The notes: a model not told the origin generated them from the sequence alone. A stretch of DNA of 64,000 nt from Candidatus Poseidoniales archaeon (GCA_028821675.1 JAPKFG010000001.1:7890-71889); one strand, 5' to 3'. Counted from the stretch's first letter, positions 46,472 through 56,565 are shown. Program-made: numbers and translations.

Positions 46472-48313
46472 ATGGGATGGCGCCGACTCGGTCGTTACCT
46501 CCGCTCATTGGAGGATAAAGGAGATTTGATTCGAGTCAAGCATCCTGTCGATTGTTATCTTGAGGCTGGGTGTATCGCCGACAAGCTCGTGAAGAACGGT
46601 GGTCCTGCGGTCATTTTTGAGCAACCAAGACTCGCAGATGGAACCATTTCAAAATTTCCATTAGCGATGAATCTCTATGGGACTCGGAGGCGTACCAATC
46701 AAGCATTACGGGTTGGAATGCCCAGTGAGATTGGAGAGAGATTGACGGACCTGATGAAACCTGATATTGGTGCCTTTGCCAAACGACCGTGGAAGGCATG
46801 GCCTCTGGCCAAGAAAGCACTCTCCCTTCCACCAAGGAAGGTTCGAAAGGGGGCGTGCCAACAGGTTCGAATGGTTGAACCCGATGTGACAAAATTACCA
46901 ATTCCAACCACATGGCCAATGGATGCCGGGCCGTTCATCACGTTACCTTTGGTTGTCACCAAAGATCCAGCCAGCGATGAATACAATCTGGGTATGTATC
47001 GAGGGCAAGTGTACGGGCCAAAGGAGGTAGGACTTCATTGGCAGATGCACAAGCATGGCGCTGAACATGCAGACGCAAACGATGGGAAAATGCCCGTCGC
47101 AATTTGTCTTGGAGGACCCCCCGAAGTGATGTTCAGTGCGATTGCACCACTACCTGACAATCTCGAAGAATATATGTTCGCTGGATTGTTGGCAAAAGAG
47201 CGACTGCGAATTACAAAATGTCTAACCCAGGATTTGTGGGTTCCTGCCGAAGCAGATGTTGTCATCGAAGGATACACCATCCCAGGAGAAACCCGAAAGG
47301 AGGGACCATTTGGAGATCACTTTGGTCATTATTCTCTAGAAGGTGAATTCCCGGTTCTACATGTGACTGCAATAACACACCGAAAGGATGCGATGGTGCC
47401 AATGACCATTGTCGGCAAACCACCCATGGAAGATGGGTATCTGGGCGAAGCAATCAGTGATGCCTTCATGCCCGTGCTACGATTCCAGCATCGTGATGTT
47501 CGCGATGTATTCTTACCATTGGAAACCGGCTTCCACAATCTCGCAATCTTATCATCCAAACAGCGGTATCCTGCACAAACTCGGAAAACTGCACTTGGAC
47601 TGTGGGGTGCTGGCCAAATGATGTTCCTCAAGACCATTGTCGCGACCGGACCAGAACATGAAGTGAAGAATCTTGACGCGTTACTCGATGTGTTAGATCA
47701 AAATGTCTCAATCCCTGATGATCTGGTGATTCTAGATGGAATGGTTGCTGATCAATTGGCACATGCAGCACCATACGAAGGGATTCATTCCAAACTTCTC
47801 ATCGATGCCTCGACCCAGCGAGAACAAAGTGCCCCTGACATTTCAATGGATGGAATCGATGGTATCACTCAATATCGCTGGATTCGACCCTCCATGTTGG
47901 TGATTACCACTCGAATCGAGGGAGGGCCATCCGAATCTGAAAATACTGAAGTGATCGACGAAGAGGCGGGCCACAAACAAAGAGAACAAATTTCTCAATT
48001 GATGAATTCAATATGGCAATTAGATAAATCAGAAAATATACGCTGGTTATTCATCACAGATGACAGTGTCAATCTAGATGCAGATGATGCGATGAGGACC
48101 CTGTTATGGCAACTGTTTTGCAGATTCGAAGTGAGCCGAGATCTACACTACTCACCCGATGGTGGGCGAATCTGCTGGGATGCAACTGCACCCATTCCAT
48201 CTGAAGAAGGAAAAATGCCGGTGCGAAGATGGCCAGCTGTTTGTCTACACGATCCTGATATTCAGCAGAAGGTTGACGAATGGTATGAGCAAGAGGTGCG
48301 AACATGGGCGTGA
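46472..48313 (+). CDS. ubiD: UbiD-family (prenylated-FMN dependent) decarboxylase with C-terminal extension
   Basis: N-terminus RYLRSLEDKGDLIRVKHPVDCYLEAGCIADKLVKNGGPAVIFEQP (cf. UbiD ...LEITEIADR..R.GGPALLFENP). 613 aa, against about 490 for typical UbiD. Confidence 0.8.
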   Translation: MGWRRLGRYLRSLEDKGDLIRVKHPVDCYLEAGCIADKLVKNGGPAVIFEQPRLADGTISKFPLAMNLYGTRRRTNQALRVGMPSEIGERLTDLMKPDIGAFAKRPWKAWPLAKKALSLPPRKVRKGACQQVRMVEPDVTKLPIPTTWPMDAGPFITLPLVVTKDPASDEYNLGMYRGQVYGPKEVGLHWQMHKHGAEHADANDGKMPVAICLGGPPEVMFSAIAPLPDNLEEYMFAGLLAKERLRITKCLTQDLWVPAEADVVIEGYTIPGETRKEGPFGDHFGHYSLEGEFPVLHVTAITHRKDAMVPMTIVGKPPMEDGYLGEAISDAFMPVLRFQHRDVRDVFLPLETGFHNLAILSSKQRYPAQTRKTALGLWGAGQMMFLKTIVATGPEHEVKNLDALLDVLDQNVSIPDDLVILDGMVADQLAHAAPYEGIHSKLLIDASTQREQSAPDISMDGIDGITQYRWIRPSMLVITTRIEGGPSESENTEVIDEEAGHKQREQISQLMNSIWQLDKSENIRWLFITDDSVNLDADDAMRTLLWQLFCRFEVSRDLHYSPDGGRICWDATAPIPSEEGKMPVRRWPAVCLHDPDIQQKVDEWYEQEVRTWA

Positions 48314-49155
48314 TAGATATTCTTGATTTTGTCAAGGTAGAACACACTCTCTTCTCCCTACCCTTTGTTTTCATCGGGGCATGGATTGCGGGCAATCCTA
48401 CTACACTTCAATTGACTTGGATTCTCATTGCAGCTGTTGGAGCAAGGGGGTTGGCGATGAGTCTGAATCGCATCATCGATCGCGATGTTGATGCAGATAA
48501 TCCTCGAACTTCTGGTCGGCATCTGGTCGAAGGAACCATGTCATTGAACACAGCCTGGGGATTGTGTGCAATCTTCCTGTTAATGTTGCTCATCGGAGCG
48601 TGGCAATTGAATACAGTGGCTCTTGCAATGAGTTGGTTACCAGTGCTTGCGTTCATCGTTTATCCCTACACGAAGCGTGTTACTTGGACATGTCATCTTT
48701 GGCTTGGCCTGTGTTTGGCTCTCGCACCTGCCGGAGCATGGCTCGGGATTGTTGGAGGAGATTTGGGGTGGGCTGCCATTACAGAAATGCATTGGTATCC
48801 CACCATTTTCTGGATTTGTCTTGGTGTCATGTTCTGGATTGCAGCATTCGATCTGAACTATGCATTGATGGATGTCGAAAGTGATCGTCAACAAGGAATC
48901 CAATCATTTCCAGCAAGATTCGGTGAACATCACACTCTTCGAACCAGTGTCCAATTAACTCTCTTGTGGTTTGCCTGCTTTGCAATCTCAAATCCTATCG
49001 ATGAGATTACATTTCTAGGGGTGGCCCTCTTGATGTGTGTCATCAATGCGGGCGTAATAATTGCTCAGAATAAATTGGTTGATTTTCAGAAAACCTTCTA
49101 TTACACCAGTGTCGCCACCGGTTGGGTTCTACTGGGAGGATTGATGGCGGCATGA
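48304..49155 (+). CDS. ubiA: UbiA-family aromatic/lipid prenyltransferase
   Basis: NRIIDRDVDADNPRTSGRHL (first Asp-rich motif) and a second Asp-rich motif near DLNYALMDVESD, with 8-9 TM helices. It overlaps the ubiD stop by 10 nt. Confidence 0.8.
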   Translation: MGVIDILDFVKVEHTLFSLPFVFIGAWIAGNPTTLQLTWILIAAVGARGLAMSLNRIIDRDVDADNPRTSGRHLVEGTMSLNTAWGLCAIFLLMLLIGAWQLNTVALAMSWLPVLAFIVYPYTKRVTWTCHLWLGLCLALAPAGAWLGIVGGDLGWAAITEMHWYPTIFWICLGVMFWIAAFDLNYALMDVESDRQQGIQSFPARFGEHHTLRTSVQLTLLWFACFAISNPIDEITFLGVALLMCVINAGVIIAQNKLVDFQKTFYYTSVATGWVLLGGLMAA

Positions 49156-51458
49156 GTGAAGATGTGGATCCATTCGATCTCTCAAAGGCACTGGAAGGAG
49201 CGGCGAAGACCCATCTCGACCCATCCATCGCAAAATTTCGGCTACAGGCCGAATACGAACGAGCGGGGGACCAAGAATCAGCAATTGAAAAAACGCTTTC
49301 TCAATTGAGAAATTCTCAATCAAGATGTGTAATGCTGGGCGTGACTGGGTCCGGCAAGACGTTTGCTATGGCCAACATCATCGAAGCTCTGAACATCCCT
49401 ACACTAATCCTCTCCCACAACAAGACATTGTCACGCCAACTCTGGCAAGAAATGTCTGGATTATTCCCCGATAATGCTGTCGAATATTTCGTTTCACACT
49501 ATGATTACTACCAACCCGAAGCTTACCTGCCAAAGAGAGATCTATACATCGAAAAAGAACTCTCGATGAATGAACGAATCGAACAAGAGCGGTTCTCAAC
49601 AATCGCTTCATTGGTTTCTCGACCGGATGTATTGGCCGTGGCTACAGTTTCAGCAATATACGGCCTCAATCCACCTGAGACATTTCTGCAACAACATGTC
49701 AGATTACACGTGGGACAACAAGTCGAGCCACATGATGTTGTCAAGGAATTGGTTGGATTACAATACCGTAGAGTCACAGGGGAGATTACGCGTGGAGAAT
49801 TGCGCCTGAGAGGCGAAGTTCTAGATTTGTGGATGCCAAGTAGAGACGATCCGTTGCGCATTCGATTCGATTTAGACGGAATCATAAGAATCCAAGTTTG
49901 TGAGGCAGTGTCATGGGAATCAATCGATGAAATCGAGGAAGTGTGGGTTCACCCAAAGGAATTCTTCATGACTGATCCAGATAGATTTGAAAGCGCCCTT
50001 GATGATATTGAATTTGAACTGCAACAGCGAATCGATTTCTTCGAAAAAGCGGGAAAAGAATTGGAAGCGCATCGACTTGAATCCAAGACCCGATACGATT
50101 TGGATTTACTGAGAGAAATTGGTCATTGCCGTAGTATCGAGAATTATTCCATGCACTTTGATGGGCGCACATTTGGAGAACGCCCATACTGTCTCCTCGA
50201 CTTCTTTGCTGCCTGTGCACAAACCTTCCATGGTTCCAAGGATAAGTTCCTCGTGATAATGGATGAGAGTCATGTTACATTACCACAATTGGGAGGCATG
50301 TATCACGGAGATAAGGCGAGGAAAGAGAATCTGATAGAACATGGATTCAGATTGCCATCGGCCGCGGATAACCGACCTTTAATGGGGCATGAATTCCAAT
50401 CTTTAGTTCCTCAGATACTCTATGTGAGTGCGACGCCAGGTGAACGTGAATTGCGACAACTGTGTGAAATCACTGGACAGTCTGTACCAAAAGCAGATCC
50501 TAAGGAAAAAAGGAAACCGCTGATGAAAGATGCGCTGGGTGAAATTCAAGGAATCTCTCGAATGGAAATTCGGCCCACAGGATTATTGGATCCATCCATT
50601 GAAGTACGTCCTACGGAAGGTCAAGTGCAAGATCTACTCGATGAGATTACATCATGCGCACAGAAGAATGAACGAGTCTTAGTCACTGTCATGACAATCA
50701 AATTCGCTGAGGAAGTGGCCGATTATCTTCAGCGTATGGGTGTGAAGGCACACTACCTCCATTCTGAAATTGACACATTGGAACGAAGTGAAATCATCAA
50801 AGCACTAAGGATTGGTCACATTGATGTAATCGTTGGAATCAATCTCTTGCGAGAAGGCCTTGATCTTCCCGAAGTCAGTCTTGTGGCAATCTTCGATGCT
50901 GACAAGGAAGGATTCCTTCGCAATGAACGAAGTCTATTACAAACCATTGGACGGGCTTCGCGAAATCAAAATGGTCGAGTCATCCTATACGCCAACACCA
51001 TGGGCAGAGCGATGGAATCTGCAATTTCACAAACGATTGAACGACGGCAGAAACAAATTGAGCATAATGAACTACATGGAATCACACCGAAAACCATCGA
51101 AAAGCCGCTTCCGGTGATGGGCATTGAGGCCGAAGAACTGCTGGCAGGAACAGCAGGCAAAGGGATGACCGGGGGCAAGAGATTCGTCGGCGGGTTTACC
51201 GGAAAAACTGGGAAGAAAGGAGATGAGGGTTTGGTCAAGAAATTCGATCTCGGCGCAGGCTCTTGGGGAGATGATATCGTAACCAATCTATCTCAACCAA
51301 CATCCGACAATATACCAGATGATTTAGGCGATTCTGAATCCCGATTAATAGACCGTCTGGGGAAGGAGATGAATCAAGCCGCAGCACGACTTGACTTTGA
51401 GAAAGCAGCCAAATTAAGGGATAGGATATTCCAATTAGAAAACTCAAATTCCAATTGA
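49152..51458 (+). CDS. uvrB: excinuclease ABC subunit B
   Basis: GVTGSGKTF Walker A, helicase motifs, and a C-terminal UVR domain (LDFEKAAKLRDRIFQLE). The start ATGA overlaps the ubiA stop. A Gly/Lys-rich insert precedes the UVR domain. Confidence 0.9.
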   Translation: MSEDVDPFDLSKALEGAAKTHLDPSIAKFRLQAEYERAGDQESAIEKTLSQLRNSQSRCVMLGVTGSGKTFAMANIIEALNIPTLILSHNKTLSRQLWQEMSGLFPDNAVEYFVSHYDYYQPEAYLPKRDLYIEKELSMNERIEQERFSTIASLVSRPDVLAVATVSAIYGLNPPETFLQQHVRLHVGQQVEPHDVVKELVGLQYRRVTGEITRGELRLRGEVLDLWMPSRDDPLRIRFDLDGIIRIQVCEAVSWESIDEIEEVWVHPKEFFMTDPDRFESALDDIEFELQQRIDFFEKAGKELEAHRLESKTRYDLDLLREIGHCRSIENYSMHFDGRTFGERPYCLLDFFAACAQTFHGSKDKFLVIMDESHVTLPQLGGMYHGDKARKENLIEHGFRLPSAADNRPLMGHEFQSLVPQILYVSATPGERELRQLCEITGQSVPKADPKEKRKPLMKDALGEIQGISRMEIRPTGLLDPSIEVRPTEGQVQDLLDEITSCAQKNERVLVTVMTIKFAEEVADYLQRMGVKAHYLHSEIDTLERSEIIKALRIGHIDVIVGINLLREGLDLPEVSLVAIFDADKEGFLRNERSLLQTIGRASRNQNGRVILYANTMGRAMESAISQTIERRQKQIEHNELHGITPKTIEKPLPVMGIEAEELLAGTAGKGMTGGKRFVGGFTGKTGKKGDEGLVKKFDLGAGSWGDDIVTNLSQPTSDNIPDDLGDSESRLIDRLGKEMNQAAARLDFEKAAKLRDRIFQLENSNSN

Positions 51459-51465
51459 TTATTTT

Positions 51466-51496
51466 GACCCGCCAGTTCAAGTGAAGGTGGCGGGTC
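51466..51496. terminator. hairpin after uvrB, overlapping the GTG-extended DHS ORF
   Basis: GACCCGCC / GGCGGGTC 8-bp stem with a 15-nt loop, 8 nt after the uvrB TGA. It argues that DHS starts at the ATG at 51511. Confidence 0.35.
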
Positions 51497-51510
51497 GCCA
51501 AGCCGTTCCC

Positions 51511-52488
51511 ATGCCGATTGACCGCGATGATTTCGATGTCCCTGTCGAAGACTATGATTTCAGTCAAATTAGTGATGTGACCTCATTAATTGACCAAATG
51601 GCCAATGCAGGGGGGTTTACTGCAACCAAACTCGCCCATGCCAGAGATATTTTGAGGGCTTCAATCGATAAAACGCAGAACGAGGGAGTTCTGAATTGGC
51701 TTTCATTTCCAGCATGTCTTTGTGCGACAGGGTCTCGAGGATTTTTCGTCGAGGCAATCAAACGCAAGGCATTCAATGTCATCATCACCACTTGTGGAAC
51801 ACTGGATCATGATATTGCGCGAACCTACCAAGATTACTATCATGGGGCCTTTGAGTTAGATGATACCGAACTCGGTGAACAAGGATTGAACCGTCTAGGC
51901 AACGTCATCGTACCGAACGAATGTTATGGAGAGATTATAGAAAAATCTGTACTTCCTTGGATTCAAGAAATAGAAGATGAACGGCGAAAGATGAATCCAG
52001 AAAATCCTTGGAGAGGGTTTGGAAGTATCGAATTGTGCTGGGCGTTCGGAGATCGTATTGATGACGAAAGCAGTTTGCTGCATTGGGCGGCAAAGCACAG
52101 AATTCCCATCGTAGTCCCAGGCCTATCGGATGGCTCTGTAGGTGCGCAGTTATTCATGCACCGACAGCGAAGTCCTGATTTCATGATTGATTTCCTTGCC
52201 GATGAACAAGTCCTCTCTGATCTCACATGGACATGTGAAGAAAGTCATGCGTTAATGGTGGGAGGAGGCATCTCAAAACATCATGTCATCTGGTGGAATC
52301 AATATAGAGATGGATTGGATTCTGCCGTTGCAATAACCACAGCCCCTGAGCATGATGGAAGCCTATCGGGTGCTCGATTACGAGAAGCGATTTCATGGGG
52401 AAAGATTCGACCAGAAGCACCTCAGGTGACAGTGGAAGGTGATGCGAGCGTTCTACTTCCGTTGCTCGGTTCAGATCTGTTCAGATGA
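51511..52488 (+). CDS. dys: deoxyhypusine synthase (canonical, with catalytic lysine)
   Basis: VGGGISKHH (catalytic Lys and His) and APEHDGSLSGARLREAISWGKIR match eukaryotic/archaeal DHS. The NAD-binding region is TTCGTLDHDI. Confidence 0.85.
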   Translation: MPIDRDDFDVPVEDYDFSQISDVTSLIDQMANAGGFTATKLAHARDILRASIDKTQNEGVLNWLSFPACLCATGSRGFFVEAIKRKAFNVIITTCGTLDHDIARTYQDYYHGAFELDDTELGEQGLNRLGNVIVPNECYGEIIEKSVLPWIQEIEDERRKMNPENPWRGFGSIELCWAFGDRIDDESSLLHWAAKHRIPIVVPGLSDGSVGAQLFMHRQRSPDFMIDFLADEQVLSDLTWTCEESHALMVGGGISKHHVIWWNQYRDGLDSAVAITTAPEHDGSLSGARLREAISWGKIRPEAPQVTVEGDASVLLPLLGSDLFR

Positions 52489-52962
52489 GTGGGCAATGCA
52501 TTCCATCAGCCCCACCCGCATGGCCGTCATTGGCCTCCAACCATCCGTCCCACATTCAACCAAAGTATCGTGCAAAGGGCCTAAGTTCGGGCGGCGACGT
52601 TCGCCACTATACCTTACCGCAGCTGGCGATGGGACATCGCTGAGAGATTGTGATGTATGAGAGTGTTTGACGGCGTTCTGAAATCTAGACCATAGCCCCT
52701 TTATTTCATCCACAACCATCTGTTGTGTCCATGCCCTGCGGCCACATAACTCAAAGGTTCCAGTCACTTCATGTTCAGTGAGAATTCGTTTTGCAATCTC
52801 TGCATCACGAAGATGAACCCAATGATAGATTGTATCATCATTTTGAGGTTCATTTCCTGCTAATATTGTAGAGACCCAGTGATTAATCGGGCCATCTCCA
52901 TCTGGAGAATAGACATCTATGAAATGAATATTGAGGGATTCGGACATCCGGCACACTTCCAC
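52471..52962 (-). CDS. hypothetical protein
   Basis: 163-aa ORF with no motif recognised. Likely start at MSESLNIHF (52947). Confidence 0.35.
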   Translation of the reverse strand: MEVCRMSESLNIHFIDVYSPDGDGPINHWVSTILAGNEPQNDDTIYHWVHLRDAEIAKRILTEHEVTGTFELCGRRAWTQQMVVDEIKGLWSRFQNAVKHSHTSQSLSDVPSPAAVRYSGERRRPNLGPLHDTLVECGTDGWRPMTAMRVGLMECIAHSSEQI

Positions 52963-54485
52963 TAATCGTCACGGTTTGCGTCGTGGAGGACGAGGGCTTT
53001 TCGAATTATATCGATAATCAAATCAATCTCTTCGGAAGTGATGGCAAAGTGCGGGGTGAAACGCAAGGCGTTAATTCCACCATGGATAATTCCAAGGCCA
53101 ATTTTCCGGCATGTTTCTTCGATTTGACCGAAACCGACAACTGGGTGTGTCTCTGGATTTAATTCGGCACAACACAGCAAACCAGTACCCTGGACCTTGA
53201 TAATTACCTCTGGAAACTCTGCAGCCAATTGTTCGAGTTTTTCAACCAACTCTACCCCTCGGTCACGGATATTTTGCCTCAGTTCAGGGGTGATTTGATC
53301 AAGAACCGCGATGGCCGTCTCAAGCGCTCTAGGGTTCGTCGTCATCGTGTTACCATAAATTCCAACCACGTAGAGTTCCGCGGCTCTCTGAGTCAATCCC
53401 AGTACTGAAAGTGGATATTGGCCAGCATTCAGTGCCTTTGACCATGTTTCCAAATCCGGGGCTTCACATGTCTCAAATCCAGGGTAATCTATGATTGAAA
53501 GAGCCCCCTGACCACGCAACCCTGCTTGAATCGAGTCAACTATGAACATACTGCCATGTTCAAGCGTCAATCGACGAGCCTCATCATAGAATTCACGTGT
53601 AACACACTGTCCAGGATTACCCTCCCCCTGAACTGGTTCAATCGCCATTAACTCGATGAAAAATTGTTCAGTTTCTGCACGTGAAAATACAGCCTGTAGG
53701 GCTTCAACATCGTTCAAAGGAACCAACAACAAATTGTCTCTGTCTCTGAAAGAGGCGAGGTTGCGGTCGTATCCCTCTTTACAGGAGTGCGAAATCTGAG
53801 CCGGTCGATCTGTACGCCCATGAAATGCATGTTCAACAGCAAGAAGTTTGATGGGTTTACCTTCGTGTCTGCCACCAGCACTGGTGTGTTGATTTGCATT
53901 CACATCAGCGATCCTCAAACCAACCGTGACAGATTCTGAGCCACTATTCATACAGATGAATTTGGTAAATGGACAATTACCACGAGTGTGACCCAATTCG
54001 ATTTGAAGTCGATCTGAAAGACGTTTTTGGCTGAACGATGGTGTCATTACATTAGCCATAACCCAATTATTTGACATCGAATCGATGACTGCATCGGGGC
54101 CATGTCCACCACCCAACATACCATAGGAACCATTGTCATGAAGCACAGCTCCTTTTGAGGTGATAATCCAAGGTCCACGCGCAGCAATCGCAACATATGG
54201 ATTGATGGTTGCTGCGGAATAGAAATTGATGTAATTGGATTGAACCGAAGAGACAAGGGTGGCTTCATCTTGAGCTAAATATTCCAGACCGACTTCTTCA
54301 ACCAAGCCTGCAAAAGCAATTGATGCTTCATCAATGGCTCGAATCAATTGTGGATTGATGGTGCAAAATCTCTCGATGACGTCATCAGGAAGGCCTTGGG
54401 TTTGAGCAGCAGAACCGTCGGCAAGGCGACGAATCTCCATCAGACGCTCGAGCATATTCGAATCGAATCGGAGGGCACCCATCAA
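52962..54485 (-). CDS. class III PLP-dependent aminotransferase (omega-aminotransferase family)
   Basis: Fold-type I class III features: GLGIIHGG.NALRFTP near the C-terminus, the DSIQAGLRGQG region (cf. DEVQTGFGRTG), and a PLP-Lys region near SKALNAG. The substrate cannot be assigned. Confidence 0.65.
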   Translation of the reverse strand: MMGALRFDSNMLERLMEIRRLADGSAAQTQGLPDDVIERFCTINPQLIRAIDEASIAFAGLVEEVGLEYLAQDEATLVSSVQSNYINFYSAATINPYVAIAARGPWIITSKGAVLHDNGSYGMLGGGHGPDAVIDSMSNNWVMANVMTPSFSQKRLSDRLQIELGHTRGNCPFTKFICMNSGSESVTVGLRIADVNANQHTSAGGRHEGKPIKLLAVEHAFHGRTDRPAQISHSCKEGYDRNLASFRDRDNLLLVPLNDVEALQAVFSRAETEQFFIELMAIEPVQGEGNPGQCVTREFYDEARRLTLEHGSMFIVDSIQAGLRGQGALSIIDYPGFETCEAPDLETWSKALNAGQYPLSVLGLTQRAAELYVVGIYGNTMTTNPRALETAIAVLDQITPELRQNIRDRGVELVEKLEQLAAEFPEVIIKVQGTGLLCCAELNPETHPVVGFGQIEETCRKIGLGIIHGGINALRFTPHFAITSEEIDLIIDIIRKALVLHDANRDD

Positions 54486-54805
54486 TGTTCTCTGTAAGAA
54501 TGGTCAATCTATTGGCAATCTTAACAGTATAACACCATATAATTTTCAATTATGAAAACAATTTCGTATGTCTGACGGAGTCAATTTTTATATTGGCTGA
54601 TAATGTATTGTTATCCGCCTTTTTCAATTAAAAATTAACAAATTAACATTTGGGCGTAATATCGAATATCCAATTGGAAACTATAGGATTATCAGCCTTT
54701 TTCAATTGGACAACTGATTGTATTTGTCAATGGTATGGTTTAATAGCCCAATGGACCCGTGGGTCGACAAGGCAGAATGGGATGCTACAACAGGAGATGA
54801 AAATT

Positions 54806-55393
54806 ATGGGAGACGACAATTACAGAATACAGGAACTTCTTCAACGAGAAGTGTACGTTGGAAACAACCTCGTTGGAACAATTGTAGGGGAACGATATCA
54901 CCCTAACGAAGATCGCGTACGCTCGATGCGACTATTGGTTCAACCAAACGTGGCGGAAACGTATATGCGAAAACCAGCGGAATACGGACCACTATCGAAA
55001 GAATTGATTCATTCAATTCAGGATGATGGGTCTGTCAAACTTTCAAAATCAATGAGAGAGTTGCAAAGACGTTGGCGAGATACAGTTCGAATCGAAGAAC
55101 AACTTTACGCCCCCGATGAACTTCTGGATCGAGCTGTGCTAGATGATGATGGGCTAGAACTAGGCGTCGTCATTGCCCTCGTGAAGGTCAAGCGAACATA
55201 TCGAGGGATTACCGTGAAACTACGTTCACCGGTCCGTCGACGATACGCTCTAGGCGAGACCATCGACATTCCAGTTACGGCCCTGGCACGAACGCGTGCT
55301 CGTTTGGATGAGATTGTACTCTCTCGTACATACGAAAAACTGCGCTCTCTGCCCAGTTACATCCAGATTAACGAGGGCTTTCTAGAGGATTGA
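54806..55393 (+). CDS. hypothetical protein, possibly PRC-barrel-like
   Basis: The start was chosen at MGDDNYRIQ, with GGAG 10 nt upstream. The ORF-track start at 54650 would run through the AT-rich promoter region. The domain call is weak. Confidence 0.35.
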   Translation: MGDDNYRIQELLQREVYVGNNLVGTIVGERYHPNEDRVRSMRLLVQPNVAETYMRKPAEYGPLSKELIHSIQDDGSVKLSKSMRELQRRWRDTVRIEEQLYAPDELLDRAVLDDDGLELGVVIALVKVKRTYRGITVKLRSPVRRRYALGETIDIPVTALARTRARLDEIVLSRTYEKLRSLPSYIQINEGFLED

Positions 55394-55441
55394 ATGGAAC
55401 CGTCATCGTTAATTCGGTGACGTCAGTCGCCGGGTTGTTCT

Positions 55442-55516
55442 GGACGGGTAGCTTAGGTTGGCTGGAGCACCCGGCTGATAACCGGGAGGTCGCAGGTTCA
55501 AATCCTGCCTCGTCCA
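55442..55516 (+). tRNA. tRNA-Ile(GAT): tRNA-Ile (anticodon GAU)
   Basis: The acceptor is GGACGGG/CTCGTCC (one G-U). The anticodon stem CCCGG/CCGGG flanks the loop CTGATAA, and the T arm is GCAGG-TTCAAAT-CCTGC. Discriminator A is present and there is a 5-nt variable loop. Confidence 0.8.
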
Positions 55517-55593
55517 CTTTTCCTTCTACCAGAGTAATCCCTAGACGCGTCTAGATGGGAAACAACATGAACAACCGGCTCTAGCGAGAGAAC

Positions 55594-56532
55594 ATGGCAG
55601 TCGTGTCCGGGAGCAACGCTGCAGAATTGGCAGCTTCTCTCGCCAATGAATTGGGTTGGGAACATCATCCTCTCGAAGTAAGGCGGTTTCCCGACTCTGA
55701 AGGTTACGTTCGGGTACCCCATGAAAGTATAGAGGCAATACGTCGTGAACCGGTGGTACTGGTTGCGACAACATTTCCCGACTCTGGTATTGTCGAAGCC
55801 TTACTGATGCTAGAATCAATTCATGATGTACGTAGTGGAAACATGAGCAATCTAAAAGGTGAGGGTGACGATAATTTAGGAGATGTAGGACCCGGGATTT
55901 TTCTGGCGGTACCATACTTTGGTTACTCAAGACAGGACAAACGATTCCAACGTGGTGAAGTTGTCTCAGCCAAACTTCTAGCCCGCCTCTTGACCAGACG
56001 TTGTGACGGAATGGTGGTGTTGGATCTTCATGCACCCGCCGTCTTGGAAGATCTTGAGGTTCCAGTCTCATTCGTCTCCTCAATGCCTGAAATTGCAATT
56101 CATCTACAGGAGAACGTAAAACCCGATTTCGTACTCAGTCCCGATAAAGGGGCTATTGAACGAGCAAGTCATGTAGCCAATGCAATTGGATGTAATTTCT
56201 CTTATCTTGAAAAAACGAGAATCGATGCACATACAATCGAACACAAAGCAAAGGATTTGGAAGTTGATGGAGCCATTGTCGCGATTGTTGACGACATGAT
56301 TTCAACCGGCGGCACCATTTGCAAGGCCAGTGATGCCTTGCGTCGCCAAGGTGCTGTTGCAATCCATGCTGCGTGTACTCACGGTCTCTTCACTGGGAGT
56401 GCTATCACACGCTTGGCAGAACATGTTGATGGGGTGCATGCAACCGATTCTCTACCCAATCCTCGTTCCGTTGTGAGTGGGGCTCCAGCCATCGCCCGAG
56501 GGATTCGAGACTTGATTAAACGCGTCCTCTGA
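55594..56532 (+). CDS. prs: ribose-phosphate pyrophosphokinase (PRPP synthetase)
   Basis: N-terminal domain ...LEVRRFPDSEGYVRV..., the PRPP-binding loop VAIVDDMISTGGTI, and GxD regions typical of Prs. Confidence 0.9.
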   Translation: MAVVSGSNAAELAASLANELGWEHHPLEVRRFPDSEGYVRVPHESIEAIRREPVVLVATTFPDSGIVEALLMLESIHDVRSGNMSNLKGEGDDNLGDVGPGIFLAVPYFGYSRQDKRFQRGEVVSAKLLARLLTRRCDGMVVLDLHAPAVLEDLEVPVSFVSSMPEIAIHLQENVKPDFVLSPDKGAIERASHVANAIGCNFSYLEKTRIDAHTIEHKAKDLEVDGAIVAIVDDMISTGGTICKASDALRRQGAVAIHAACTHGLFTGSAITRLAEHVDGVHATDSLPNPRSVVSGAPAIARGIRDLIKRVL

Positions 56533-56537
56533 TACCC

Positions 56538-56558
56538 GGAAGGCCCCTAGGGGCTTCC
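56538..56558. terminator. GC-rich hairpin after prs
   Basis: GGAAGGCCCC-TA-GGGGCTTCC (one bulge), 6 nt after the prs stop. Confidence 0.4.
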
Positions 56559-56565
56559 GCTGCGT

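Noticed and set aside
55541-56098. 185-aa minus-strand ORF
   Set aside because: It is antisense to prs, which has strong homology.
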